The translations under genes were made by a program, and so were the position numbers. Shown piece after piece: positions 10,435 to 20,358 of a stretch of DNA of 64,000 nt (position 1 is its first letter; each line of letters starts with the position of its first letter). The notes beneath the pieces were generated by a model. It was not told where the DNA came from. It searched no databases and worked only from the letters and a program-made list of their open reading frames with translations. The DNA is from a virus. Its lineage: Duplodnaviria; Caudoviricetes. The stretch lies in the IMG/VR virus record IMGVR_UViG_3300027374_000001; one strand, 5' to 3'.

Positions 10435-12341
10435 TTTATATTTTCAAGTACCTCCTTTTTATTCATTGTACCGGGGTAATATAGCATTCCTTTCATATAT
10501 TCACCTTCATCTAGATATTGCATACCCGGCATCAATGCATTAGTTTGATAGGACATTCCATTTTGCATACCGTTTCTAATATGCTGTGCATTTGGAATTA
10601 CTACTGTAAAGAATTCAGTGACGTCGTCCAATATTTCAGTATAGGTTCCAAGATGTAACCATCTATTACCAAAGCTAAGAGCGTCTCCAGAAGTATAATC
10701 CTCAATAAACTGTCCGCCGCGGTCATAGAATTTATTATTAAATGGATTCTCTTTCTCAAATACTTTCTGTTCAATCTTAATCTTTCCAATTTGAGTGTTT
10801 GGACCCATATTATTCTGACATGCTGTTGTTGGATACAGTGCTTTATAATCGAAGTCACACATATTATCTACTATATCAACAGTTTGTCTGTCAAACTTCA
10901 TCTTGGAGTAATCAGAATTATTAAGCGGCTGACTTACTAATGCTCCTGGGAATGGGACCTTTTCTTGTATTCCCTTTCCGTTTCCAATTACTAATCCGTC
11001 TTTTAGCCATTCAGAATATGCACGGTTGGTCAAGTATACGGTTTGTCGATGCACTTTACTATAATCAGTATTCTGTGCCAATGATTTACCAAATACATAG
11101 TCTAAGTCTTTAACCTTAGATTCTATACATTTTTGCACTATAGTATCCATTATGTTGTAGAATACAAATGTCTTATAATCTAAATATGGTAATTTAGATA
11201 TATTTGTAGTAATGTGACTATAATCAAGTTTTCGTACCTTTGCTATTACATCGCCTACATCATCGAGTTTATATGAGTCTAACTCTTTCTGACCTTTTCT
11301 TCTGGAAGCAAATTGTATCAACTGATCAAGATATACAGTATGAGAGGATATATCATAATAATCTCCTCTTTCAGCAAACGTTTCTGCTCTTGTGTCTATA
11401 TAATACTTAGCGTGTCTAAATTCTGGCTTTATATCTCTATGGCACATTATTTCTCTTGGGTCATATCCAAGAATATTAATACGCTCAACAATGTATGGAA
11501 TATCGAATGCCATATTCCATGCTACTAAGAAGTCCGGTTCATTTAAATTAACCAATAAGAAGAAGTCCTGAATTAATCTTATTTCATCGTCTTCATCATA
11601 AAAATGAAACTTTACTTCAAAATCTTCTAATCCGTATTTGCGAGCCAATTTAGGAGTTACGGCATTTGTTATAAATTCTTTAACTTCATTAAATATCTTG
11701 CCACTTTTAACTTCATTTTCAAACTCTTTTATTAAAGGATTTCCCTTAGTTCTTAATAGGAATGAATGAATTATGTTAGTGGATTCATCTATATAAGATA
11801 TCGCATTAATTGGACACTCACCCATTCTTGGAAAGTCTTCGTCCATATTAATAGTATCAGCCTCAATATCGAAGTAGGCCTTCTTTATCTTAAACGGATT
11901 GTTTACATACTGCTCATTGAACAAGTATCTATAATGATTTTCCACACTCATAGTAGAACCGAAGATATTCGGCAAATAATGTAGTTCTCTGTTGTTTCTT
12001 CTATTTCCATTTCTTATATTCTCGTAATAAAAATCTTCATTGCCAGTTAATTCGGCTATCTTTTTATCTAGATTTTTATACGGGACCGTAACCGGATGAA
12101 CCTTATCGCGTTCTATATATAAAACTGGATGCTCTACTAATACATCATCGTTAGCAGCATAAAAAGTATAATCCGGATTATTAATAACCTGAAAGTGCTT
12201 TTTACCAGTACGATTGTCCTTATATACTATAGTAATATCACCATCAGTATATTTTCCATCTTCTTTTTTATGAGGATAATGGTAATCAGTATTTAAAACG
12301 GTAATGTCGCTTCCTTCTGGATAACCCTTAATTATTCCCAT
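10428..12341 (-). CDS. family B DNA polymerase, N-terminal part (3'-5' exonuclease plus motif A)
   Basis: YFDIEAD, AWNMAFDIPY, YKLD, YNIMD exonuclease motifs; DFDYKALYPT motif A; no motif B or YGDTDS. Confidence 0.85.
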   Translation of the reverse strand: MGIIKGYPEGSDITVLNTDYHYPHKKEDGKYTDGDITIVYKDNRTGKKHFQVINNPDYTFYAANDDVLVEHPVLYIERDKVHPVTVPYKNLDKKIAELTGNEDFYYENIRNGNRRNNRELHYLPNIFGSTMSVENHYRYLFNEQYVNNPFKIKKAYFDIEADTINMDEDFPRMGECPINAISYIDESTNIIHSFLLRTKGNPLIKEFENEVKSGKIFNEVKEFITNAVTPKLARKYGLEDFEVKFHFYDEDDEIRLIQDFFLLVNLNEPDFLVAWNMAFDIPYIVERINILGYDPREIMCHRDIKPEFRHAKYYIDTRAETFAERGDYYDISSHTVYLDQLIQFASRRKGQKELDSYKLDDVGDVIAKVRKLDYSHITTNISKLPYLDYKTFVFYNIMDTIVQKCIESKVKDLDYVFGKSLAQNTDYSKVHRQTVYLTNRAYSEWLKDGLVIGNGKGIQEKVPFPGALVSQPLNNSDYSKMKFDRQTVDIVDNMCDFDYKALYPTTACQNNMGPNTQIGKIKIEQKVFEKENPFNNKFYDRGGQFIEDYTSGDALSFGNRWLHLGTYTEILDDVTEFFTVVIPNAQHIRNGMQNGMSYQTNALMPGMQYLDEGEYMKGMLYYPGTMNKKEVLENIKW

Positions 12342-12871
12342 GAAGCATCACTTCCTTTATAAAAACTAACACCATCTAATGGTTCTGGGTTATGAGTGCA
12401 CTCCTTTTTAGTCTCCTTATATAATGGAATGGAATCTAAAATTAAATCATTATATTCCTCATATGAGTAATTTTCATCTGTTGGGATATAGGTATACAAA
12501 ATGGTTTTATTAGTAAGCCTAGAAAATCTTATTTCTAAATTAGTACCTTCCCCATTATAACTTTCATCTCCCCAGAAATTAACAAATACCACAATATCGC
12601 TCATTGCTATTTTTTTCAAATGAGCGACTCTATATAAATCTTTCTTCTCCAAAAAATCACCATTACATGTTATAATAGGAATAAAAGGAAGGCAATTTAA
12701 TTTAGTTAACTCACTTTGAACGTCTAGTATAAACTTCGCATTAAACCCATCAATGTCTTTACCTAACGGCCCACATACGGTTACAATTTTAGAAGATGGG
12801 TCTTTAACAATCTTTTCGAGTTTTGTAGTTTTGATTACTTCACTTAAGTACTTTTGTAAATCGTCATTCAT
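12332..12871 (-). CDS. putative nucleoside 2-deoxyribosyltransferase-like fold protein
   Basis: HLKKIAMSDIVVFVN...GEGTNLEI pattern typical of NDT/DUF4406-like proteins. Confidence 0.45.
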   Translation of the reverse strand: MNDDLQKYLSEVIKTTKLEKIVKDPSSKIVTVCGPLGKDIDGFNAKFILDVQSELTKLNCLPFIPIITCNGDFLEKKDLYRVAHLKKIAMSDIVVFVNFWGDESYNGEGTNLEIRFSRLTNKTILYTYIPTDENYSYEEYNDLILDSIPLYKETKKECTHNPEPLDGVSFYKGSDASWE

Positions 12872-12953
12872 AGTAATTTATAATCCTTTCTCTTATTTTA
12901 TATATAATATATTAACAAATCTCTAATTGCACCTAAACAGGCACAATTATGCA

Positions 12954-12966
12954 TTATAATAATGTT
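12954..12966 (-). promoter_or_regulatory. late-type promoter AACAT-N5-TAA
   Basis: AACATTATTATAA on the minus strand upstream of the polB operon. Confidence 0.6.
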
Positions 12967-13035
12967 TTAGAAAATGTATAATTGCAACTTGAGCCTTTTT
13001 ACATACAAATAAATCATATTAAGGAGGTTATCAAA

Positions 13036-14070
13036 ATGGAACTTATAAGAGCGATGACATACGAACCAATTCCAGATATAGGAAAAAGATTTGCATCAAA
13101 AAAGCAATCTAAACAAAAACAGTCCGTTCAAGCAGTTACAGAGTCTAAACAAGAAGATATTTCTTTAGAGGGATTCAATATGGATTTCAGTAATTTAATA
13201 GGAAATGACCTATCTGTACCATTATCCATAACAGAAGAAGAACCATCAAAAAAGAAAAGAAAGTCTTCTAATCAAATAAATACTACCGGTATTGTTCCTA
13301 AAGATGCAGATGCAAATGCCCCGTATAAAGAACAATATACTGAAACTGATGCAATTCTCAAAACTGCAATAGCACAATTAGATATAGGACTTGCTGAATT
13401 GAAAAGCGATTTAGATGATCTTAGAAAAGCTAAGCAAATAAGAAATAAATATCAATTAATATCATTCTTACAGGGTAATATCAGCAGTTTTATAAATCAA
13501 AAAATAACAGCAGCCAGGGAATTGAATAGTACCATCACTAAATGTAATGAAATGGAATTCAAGAGATCTAAAGAAATGAAGATGCTTGACAATCAAGACG
13601 ACGATAAGACGATCATGGATATGTATAATGCACTCATTTCAACTCCGGTCGGAGGACAAACTGGCATAAGCACGGCTGGATTAGTTGGTCCGTCTACACT
13701 AGAGATGACATATGCTGGTTCACCAAATCAAACCATCCCAAATATAGTCACAGGAACTAGCGATACGGATAGTACAGGTTATCAAAACTATATATCCAAT
13801 AGAACTCCTGCTCAAAACTTAATGATGGCTGATGCTAACCCAAATATACAACAGGTATACGTATATAATAAGGCAACGGGACAGGCATATTTTGATGTAA
13901 TAGACGTCACTACAGGACAATCGCACCCAGAGATAGACAGATTAGATGCATCTTTCTTAGAAGATACCCATCCTGATTTCTCTGCAGGAATTGCAACCAA
14001 TACTAATATTGGAGAATCTTATCCAATCATCACAGTTGGTAATGACACTTCTATATTAAATGAATATTAA
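13036..14070 (+). CDS. hypothetical coiled-coil protein
   Basis: ATG after AAGGAGG; central coiled coil; N-terminal RAMTY variant of the GMxY motif. Confidence 0.7.
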   Translation: MELIRAMTYEPIPDIGKRFASKKQSKQKQSVQAVTESKQEDISLEGFNMDFSNLIGNDLSVPLSITEEEPSKKKRKSSNQINTTGIVPKDADANAPYKEQYTETDAILKTAIAQLDIGLAELKSDLDDLRKAKQIRNKYQLISFLQGNISSFINQKITAARELNSTITKCNEMEFKRSKEMKMLDNQDDDKTIMDMYNALISTPVGGQTGISTAGLVGPSTLEMTYAGSPNQTIPNIVTGTSDTDSTGYQNYISNRTPAQNLMMADANPNIQQVYVYNKATGQAYFDVIDVTTGQSHPEIDRLDASFLEDTHPDFSAGIATNTNIGESYPIITVGNDTSILNEY

Positions 14071-14140
14071 ATTATACAACTTATTAATAAGCCTTGTACA
14101 ATATGGCAGCGTCAAATCTAAAACCACAACAAAAAAGAAA

Positions 14141-14167
14141 TGGACTAGGCTTGCTTAGCCTAGTCCA
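14141..14167. terminator. bidirectional intrinsic terminator
   Basis: tggactaggc...gcctagtcca stem flanked by A and T tracts. Confidence 0.75.
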
Positions 14168-14178
14168 AACTTTTTGTT

Positions 14179-16899
14179 TTATTCATACGTAAATATGATA
14201 TTACCGCTATTCTGAGCACCAGCTACTGGAATTAATTGAATAACGTCTGCTTCCCCCATATTAATTTCTGAAGAATGAGAAATCATTATGCATTGTTCAA
14301 TACCGAATTTATTCATAAAAGAATTTAGTAATCCGATGAAGCTGCTTCGATTATCCTGGTCTAACGCCCCGTCTATTTCATCCATCCTAAGGATATTGTA
14401 CATAGTTGAACTATGGTACAACAATGAGAACCCTATCATCATGGATATCATAGCCCTCTCAGCAGATGAACATGAACTTATATCATCATGATATACATTA
14501 GATTCTTTATTTATACAAGGAATTCTAAACTCCGTATCATTAATAATATAAGGTTCTAACTCCATTCTCCCATCAAACAATGTAGCTAATAATTCATTGG
14601 TCATAGAAATAGTCTTGCCCATATATAGCTGCATGAATAAAGTCTGAATGCCACCTTTTGTTGGAGATGAGTATTTCTTGATTATCTCTACGGTATTGTA
14701 TTTTTCAGTATACAAAGATAATTCACTCTTATATTCTTCAAGCTGCTTTAAAGAAAATCTCAATTGTTCTTTTTCAGCACTTATGGGTTTCATATCAGAT
14801 TCAATAGCAGACAATCGAGAATTTATTTCATTTATCCCATTAACATATTCTTCTATAGCCTTGATATTGTTTGCAATCTGAGATACACCTGCATCTAATA
14901 CATTAAGATTCCTGCACTCTTCGCTGTATGTTGTAGTTATCGAAATAGCATTCTCTAAATCTTTTTTCTCCGATACATATCTGTCTAGCAGGTTTTTATG
15001 AGTTAATAATTGAGTATTGACTCTATCTATAGCCAGCACTATCTCGTCCGACTCTTTGTCTAATTCCCTTATATCATTTTCTATTAGCGCAATTGTTTTT
15101 TCTTTGTCTGCATAGATTTTTTCATCTCTCTCTAGATCTGCCAATCTAGAAGAAAGAGATTTATAATTCTCAAAAACATTAGCCCGATTCATGCTATTAA
15201 CCAGTTCAGATATCTTATCTATAAATAAAGAATTACAAAATTCCTCTAAAAAGATTTCTAAATCCAGCAGAGAATCACACGTAGGAAATTTAGATAAGAT
15301 AGAAGAATTGCTTTGAATATATTCTATAATGCCATTTATTTTATGCTCAAGTTTCAGTTGTTCTACTAAAAACTCTAAATCCTTAGTGTATTCGTCTTTC
15401 TCGGCTTTATATACCCCTAAAAGCCTTTCTGATTCTAATAAATCAGATTTAGAAATCTTAGTAGACGCCTCTACCGCATCTTCTATAAAGAAGCATTTAT
15501 CTATTGTGCATTTAGACGGCCTATGGACCAACTTATCCGCTATGGCTTTATATTTTTTATAATCCTCTATTTTTTGAGTGGTGACTAATATCAAATTACT
15601 TACAGTTTCTAATGAAACTCTTAAATCATTTATCTCTGCTTCAGTCGTCGATACTCTATTACAAGAATCTAATGCAAACCGTAACACCTTTTCATTTGAT
15701 GCATCGCTTTTAACAAGGTTTATCTTATCTTTAACAACCGATAAGACATTCACTCCTGTAACGAATTCATCCTTAGTAATAATAGATGAAGTATCGGAAA
15801 ACCCCATCATTCTCATCAGATTTTTGCATTCTCGTATCGCTGTAAAAGTATGTTGAATTTCCTCTTTGAGCTGCTCATAATTATATTCAGAACGCATAGC
15901 TCTTACCTTTTCTGATTTTTCAACAGCCCTTACTCTTAAAGAATTCTTCTGTTCATGCATTTTACGCATCTGATCTTCAAATTCTTTAATTTTAACCTCG
16001 GTTACAATTAACTTTTCTCCAAGTTTTGAAACTTTTTCTCTTAACTCCTCGGGATTATCAGTACCATGTCTATTTCTTATAGAGCTAATGAAAACTTCCT
16101 TATCATCTATTTTCTTTTTAACTTCTAATATCTGAGCAGTTAATTGTTGAAATTGTTCTTGGATTTTTTTATCTGGATCTATAGTAGCTATATCCTTTTC
16201 AAGCTCAATCTTTCTTCTTGTTAAGAATTCTCTCTCAGTAACTAACCTGTCTAACAATACTTCCTTTGCAGTTAAATTAGTCACAAGGTTTTCTTGGTTC
16301 CCTATAGTATCCATCTTGGCCGTTATAGAGTTAATCATTGATCTGAAAATACTAGATCTCTTTACTAAAGATTTATATATATCATTGTATACTTCAATAT
16401 TATCAGTTATACTAGATACATATTTTTTTCTTTCCGATGGTTTCTTATTCACTATTCCCATGTCCTCTTGAGAAATCTGCGATAACGAAACGAATGACGG
16501 GTCCAAATTGAATTCGGAATATAGAATAGATTTATAGGAATTGATATTTCCATTTGGGTTTAGTTCTACTGAATCATTATCAGAAATTCTAGATATAAAT
16601 GCTTTTGTTTGAGCTCTATCTCTAGAATTGGTGATTGGATATTCTATCCTTATCTTATATATTAAGTCCTCATAGAAATACTCCAAATGAACAAATCCAG
16701 GCTCTTTGTCTATAAACTTAGATGATGGCAATGGTATCGGTTGCAGGGCTTCCCATATAGTAGTCTTACCGGAACCATTCTTTCCTACTATTAAAATGAT
16801 ATTATGCATACATTTTGTGAAGTCTATATGAATCTCCTTTTTTCCAGATGCACTATAAACCCCCCATAAACCATGTAGTGTTGCACTCTTTAGTCTCAT
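14179..16899 (-). CDS. sbcC: SbcC/Rad50-like (gp46-type) SMC ATPase
   Basis: Walker A GKNGSGKT, long coiled coil with central CTIDKC, signature CSSAE, Walker B LRMDEIDGALD, ISH. Confidence 0.9.
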   Translation of the reverse strand: MRLKSATLHGLWGVYSASGKKEIHIDFTKCMHNIILIVGKNGSGKTTIWEALQPIPLPSSKFIDKEPGFVHLEYFYEDLIYKIRIEYPITNSRDRAQTKAFISRISDNDSVELNPNGNINSYKSILYSEFNLDPSFVSLSQISQEDMGIVNKKPSERKKYVSSITDNIEVYNDIYKSLVKRSSIFRSMINSITAKMDTIGNQENLVTNLTAKEVLLDRLVTEREFLTRRKIELEKDIATIDPDKKIQEQFQQLTAQILEVKKKIDDKEVFISSIRNRHGTDNPEELREKVSKLGEKLIVTEVKIKEFEDQMRKMHEQKNSLRVRAVEKSEKVRAMRSEYNYEQLKEEIQHTFTAIRECKNLMRMMGFSDTSSIITKDEFVTGVNVLSVVKDKINLVKSDASNEKVLRFALDSCNRVSTTEAEINDLRVSLETVSNLILVTTQKIEDYKKYKAIADKLVHRPSKCTIDKCFFIEDAVEASTKISKSDLLESERLLGVYKAEKDEYTKDLEFLVEQLKLEHKINGIIEYIQSNSSILSKFPTCDSLLDLEIFLEEFCNSLFIDKISELVNSMNRANVFENYKSLSSRLADLERDEKIYADKEKTIALIENDIRELDKESDEIVLAIDRVNTQLLTHKNLLDRYVSEKKDLENAISITTTYSEECRNLNVLDAGVSQIANNIKAIEEYVNGINEINSRLSAIESDMKPISAEKEQLRFSLKQLEEYKSELSLYTEKYNTVEIIKKYSSPTKGGIQTLFMQLYMGKTISMTNELLATLFDGRMELEPYIINDTEFRIPCINKESNVYHDDISSCSSAERAMISMMIGFSLLYHSSTMYNILRMDEIDGALDQDNRSSFIGLLNSFMNKFGIEQCIMISHSSEINMGEADVIQLIPVAGAQNSGNIIFTYE

Positions 16900-16911
16900 A
16901 TTATTATCTCC

Positions 16912-17355
16912 TTACCATATTAGTTTAGTAGCACTCAATAATACCCTATCTCCATAACTCTCTATAATTGTAAATCCATATTCTTCAAATGCTTCTATTA
17001 CTTTGCTATCTTTGGATTTTTGTATTGCATACGCACAGTCTAAATTTATCACTGCGGTATGAATAAGTCCGAGTTCAAGGTCTTTGTCTTTATAACCTTC
17101 AAATACTCGAATCTTATGTACACTTCTCATATTATATCTTTTTGTTTTTGCTAATAAAATAGCAACTACATCATCCCCTTTAGTATAAACAAACCCGACT
17201 GTATCTCTTCCAAATTTTATTCCTTTAAGCTGCGGATATTTATTGACAAAGTCCTTATCTGACAATATTTTCACAACAGGGATTCTTTCGTAATCTAAAA
17301 GAGCCTGTACTGATTTGTTAATTTTAGTTGTCATTTTGAATTTTTTTAATTTCAT
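16912..17355 (-). CDS. putative GNAT-fold protein
   Basis: IRVFEGYKDKDLELGLI...IEAFEEYGF resembles degenerate GNAT motifs A and B. Confidence 0.4.
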   Translation of the reverse strand: MKLKKFKMTTKINKSVQALLDYERIPVVKILSDKDFVNKYPQLKGIKFGRDTVGFVYTKGDDVVAILLAKTKRYNMRSVHKIRVFEGYKDKDLELGLIHTAVINLDCAYAIQKSKDSKVIEAFEEYGFTIIESYGDRVLLSATKLIW

Positions 17356-17373
17356 TTTATCTTCTCCTTATTT

Positions 17374-17907
17374 TTAATAAATATTAGTTTCGTTTCTGTA
17401 TTTAAAATAGTCATTATTTTCATATGGTATGACTAGTTTTACTCCCGATATCACATCTTGATCTTCTTCCCTCCCAAGTAAAATATTACCTAATTCTGGG
17501 TATTCTATTTTAAAGCCTTCAATAGTAATATACGGTTCACAATTATTATCATGAGTTATACTTACATTTTCTGCGGGTATCGTTATTTCTCTTTCCTCGT
17601 CCCCATTTAGTGCGTATACTGTGTAATTACCTTTATCGTGCTTATAATAAATCGGTTCCTCTGCTTCTTTATCGTTCATATTCTTAAGATAGTATGATTC
17701 ACGATAATTATAGTAAGACACCTCTATTTTATCATTACAGATAGTCAAAAACAATATTAAAATAATAATGGTAATCATAATGCTAACTAAAAGACGATTT
17801 AGCGTACTCAAACGCCGTGCTATATTATTACATTTATACCCGTATATATTATTAACTATACATTGTACAATCGCATAAACTATAAATATCCCCAAAATCA
17901 AAACCAT
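17374..17907 (-). CDS. hypothetical membrane protein
   Basis: Two N-terminal hydrophobic segments. Confidence 0.65.
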   Translation of the reverse strand: MVLILGIFIVYAIVQCIVNNIYGYKCNNIARRLSTLNRLLVSIMITIIILILFLTICNDKIEVSYYNYRESYYLKNMNDKEAEEPIYYKHDKGNYTVYALNGDEEREITIPAENVSITHDNNCEPYITIEGFKIEYPELGNILLGREEDQDVISGVKLVIPYENNDYFKYRNETNIY

Positions 17908-17967
17908 TTTTAATTCCTCCTATACGTCATTTTATATGAATGTCTTCTTAATTATAAAAAATAACAG

Positions 17968-18258
17968 CTACAGGAGATTTCCCGTAGCTGCATATTCTCG
18001 TAAAAATGCTTTCTTCTTTTTATCGTTAAGTGGTATGGGGATTCTAGAAGAACCAGACCAATCTATGTCAAAGGTTTTTCCACAATTACTGCATTTAAAA
18101 TAATAAAACCTTCTAGAAAGTAATTTGTCAGTCTTGCTTTGATCCAGCATTACTTGAAAATACGCTCTTTTATCATGTTCATCATATATATCTAAAGCTC
18201 TTTCCATCATACAAGACGGGCATGTATCTTCTCTAAGATAAGTCATTCCTCTAATCAT
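17968..18258 (-). CDS. zinc-ribbon protein
   Basis: CPSC...CSNC; start at MIRGMTY behind AGGAGGAGG. Confidence 0.65.
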   Translation of the reverse strand: MIRGMTYLREDTCPSCMMERALDIYDEHDKRAYFQVMLDQSKTDKLLSRRFYYFKCSNCGKTFDIDWSGSSRIPIPLNDKKKKAFLREYAATGNLL

Positions 18259-18958
18259 TTGAAGTTTCTTCCTCCTCCTCTTTGGAAGCAATTTCAAACG
18301 TTGGCCATAGACCGGGATATGTTTTAGAATTTGGAGGGATAGCACAGATAAATCCATTATCTAACAAATCCTCTACAGAATTATCGTCTTCGAGTATAGA
18401 TATAATAGTTTCAATCCATTGCTCTGTTATTATACTATACTTATTAGTATCTAATCTTAAGGTTGAAGCTATTACAGATGGGAGAGTTGGACCCACGTAT
18501 AATTTACGCATAATTTCAGTAACTAACACCGGGACCGCTTGATACAGGATCAATGCGGCTTTCCCCCCGTCGAATTGCTCCAGCAAAACTCTCTTACTAT
18601 AAGAGATAATTTCTACATATGAAGTCACAATAGCTGAAATTAATCTTGCTGCATTGATCGCATTACCGTCAGTAGTCTCAATGCGGTTATACGGTATAAC
18701 AAAAGCTACAGCAAATACCCCATTAGAAATGATAACATCGTTCATAATCTTTTCTATACTTGAATTATTATGAACCGCTATAATCATTTTTATCTCAGGT
18801 GTTGGGTATAAAACCAAACCCCTCACCAATGATTTGGGGTCAATGCCAAAATACGCCTTAGCTATCATTCCGACTTCCATACTAGGCATCTGACTAGCCA
18901 CAGCAGCTGGCTCAGCGCTAAATAAATTCAATATATCTAAAACTACTTTATTAAACAT
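18251..18958 (-). CDS. hypothetical protein
   Basis: ORF with GGAGG RBS before MFNKVV. Confidence 0.65.
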   Translation of the reverse strand: MFNKVVLDILNLFSAEPAAVASQMPSMEVGMIAKAYFGIDPKSLVRGLVLYPTPEIKMIIAVHNNSSIEKIMNDVIISNGVFAVAFVIPYNRIETTDGNAINAARLISAIVTSYVEIISYSKRVLLEQFDGGKAALILYQAVPVLVTEIMRKLYVGPTLPSVIASTLRLDTNKYSIITEQWIETIISILEDDNSVEDLLDNGFICAIPPNSKTYPGLWPTFEIASKEEEEETSND

Positions 18959-19769
18959 CTTTCTCCTCCGCATAATAAAATATACCAAAATTATTATTTG
19001 TAATTTTCCTACAAGTGTTTTTAGCCAATTCGCAATAGTCTTTAAACGTATATAATATATCTTCTTTATACGTCACGACTTCTGGTTCTCTCATAAATGG
19101 ACACCCTTCTAAGTCTGGTCTATACATTGAAAATCCCATGTATGCAGTTGGAAACATTATTACTTTGTCTACGCATATCATGATGTGAGACGGGACTCCA
19201 ATATAATCATTTTTACATACGAATTGAACCAAAAATATCCTTTCGTATTCATCATTCATAAAAGAATGAAATCTGTGCATTAGATCCTTAAACTTAAAAA
19301 TCTGTATGGCATTATCTGGATTTTTTATACTCTCATATCTATCCATGTATTTTTGCTTTTCTGTTATGATGCTCGTATTGGATTTTTGATGCTGTTCGTC
19401 TCCATTCTCCATGTCTTCATCAAACAACGAGTTCCAATATGGATTTTTTTCAGCAGCAGTAGATATGAAAATCGTAATATCCTCTCCCAATGATAAATTA
19501 TAAGATTTCGCAAATTCATCAATTAGAAGAGGAATTTTATCTACAAACTTTCCGATTTCCCCTGGGTACTCGAACAAGTCAGGTGAATTATCTCCAAATG
19601 CTATAGATATCAGTTTTGGATCCATTGTTTTTCGGCTTTCTATAAGCTTAATCTTTTCATTGGCGCACCCAACTGCAATCAAACATGAAGAGTACGCCAT
19701 TAGTACATTGAAAGCCGTATTTTGGATTTGTCCCACCGTAAATTTACTATTGATTTCGTAAGTTTCCAC
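18951..19769 (-). CDS. hypothetical protein
   Basis: 272-aa ORF in operon. Confidence 0.65.
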   Translation of the reverse strand: METYEINSKFTVGQIQNTAFNVLMAYSSCLIAVGCANEKIKLIESRKTMDPKLISIAFGDNSPDLFEYPGEIGKFVDKIPLLIDEFAKSYNLSLGEDITIFISTAAEKNPYWNSLFDEDMENGDEQHQKSNTSIITEKQKYMDRYESIKNPDNAIQIFKFKDLMHRFHSFMNDEYERIFLVQFVCKNDYIGVPSHIMICVDKVIMFPTAYMGFSMYRPDLEGCPFMREPEVVTYKEDILYTFKDYCELAKNTCRKITNNNFGIFYYAEEKDV

Positions 19770-19778
19770 AATACACCT

Positions 19779-20060
19779 CTAATTTATTAAAAACGGATTA
19801 AAATCATCAATATCCTTTTCAATAACCGGCAGGTCTCTTTTAATTCCAAAGTAAAGACCATTTTTTTCCACATCATACAAAGTTTTACATTTTTTACATG
19901 ACAGCCATATCTCTATTTCATCATCGATATTTCTATCTATAACGGGTATACCATCCTTGCTAAGATTTGAAATGCTTTTTTCTACACTTACCAAGTGTAG
20001 CTTTCCTCCACAGTTTGGACACTGATTAGCGTCTAAATAAATCATTCCTCTTTTGAGCAT
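19779..20060 (-). CDS. zinc-ribbon protein
   Basis: CPNC...CKKC; N-terminal RGMIY. Confidence 0.65.
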   Translation of the reverse strand: MLKRGMIYLDANQCPNCGGKLHLVSVEKSISNLSKDGIPVIDRNIDDEIEIWLSCKKCKTLYDVEKNGLYFGIKRDLPVIEKDIDDFNPFLIN

Positions 20061-20061
20061 A

Positions 20062-20316
20062 TTAGATTACCTCCCACTGACTATTATGGTTGGTATATTT
20101 CATGTCCTCTATATACCCTTCAGCAACAATTTTTGAATCTGCAAAGGAATTACTTGGTAACGAAGATATATCAGTAAAGGGTTTCCATGACCCATTGGAT
20201 AATACTTTACCCGGGTTGAAAACCCTTCCAATAGTCTTCTCTATCTCTAATCGTTGTTGATATTGTTCTCTAGAATACAAAAAGTATCTGTAAGTCTTCT
20301 TTGACTCGTTTGCCAT
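20062..20316 (-). CDS. hypothetical protein
   Basis: 84-aa ORF with GGAGG RBS. Confidence 0.65.
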   Translation of the reverse strand: MANESKKTYRYFLYSREQYQQRLEIEKTIGRVFNPGKVLSNGSWKPFTDISSLPSNSFADSKIVAEGYIEDMKYTNHNSQWEVI

Positions 20317-20358
20317 TTCAGTACTCCTCCATCCGATTTTAGTGGTTAATAGAATGTA

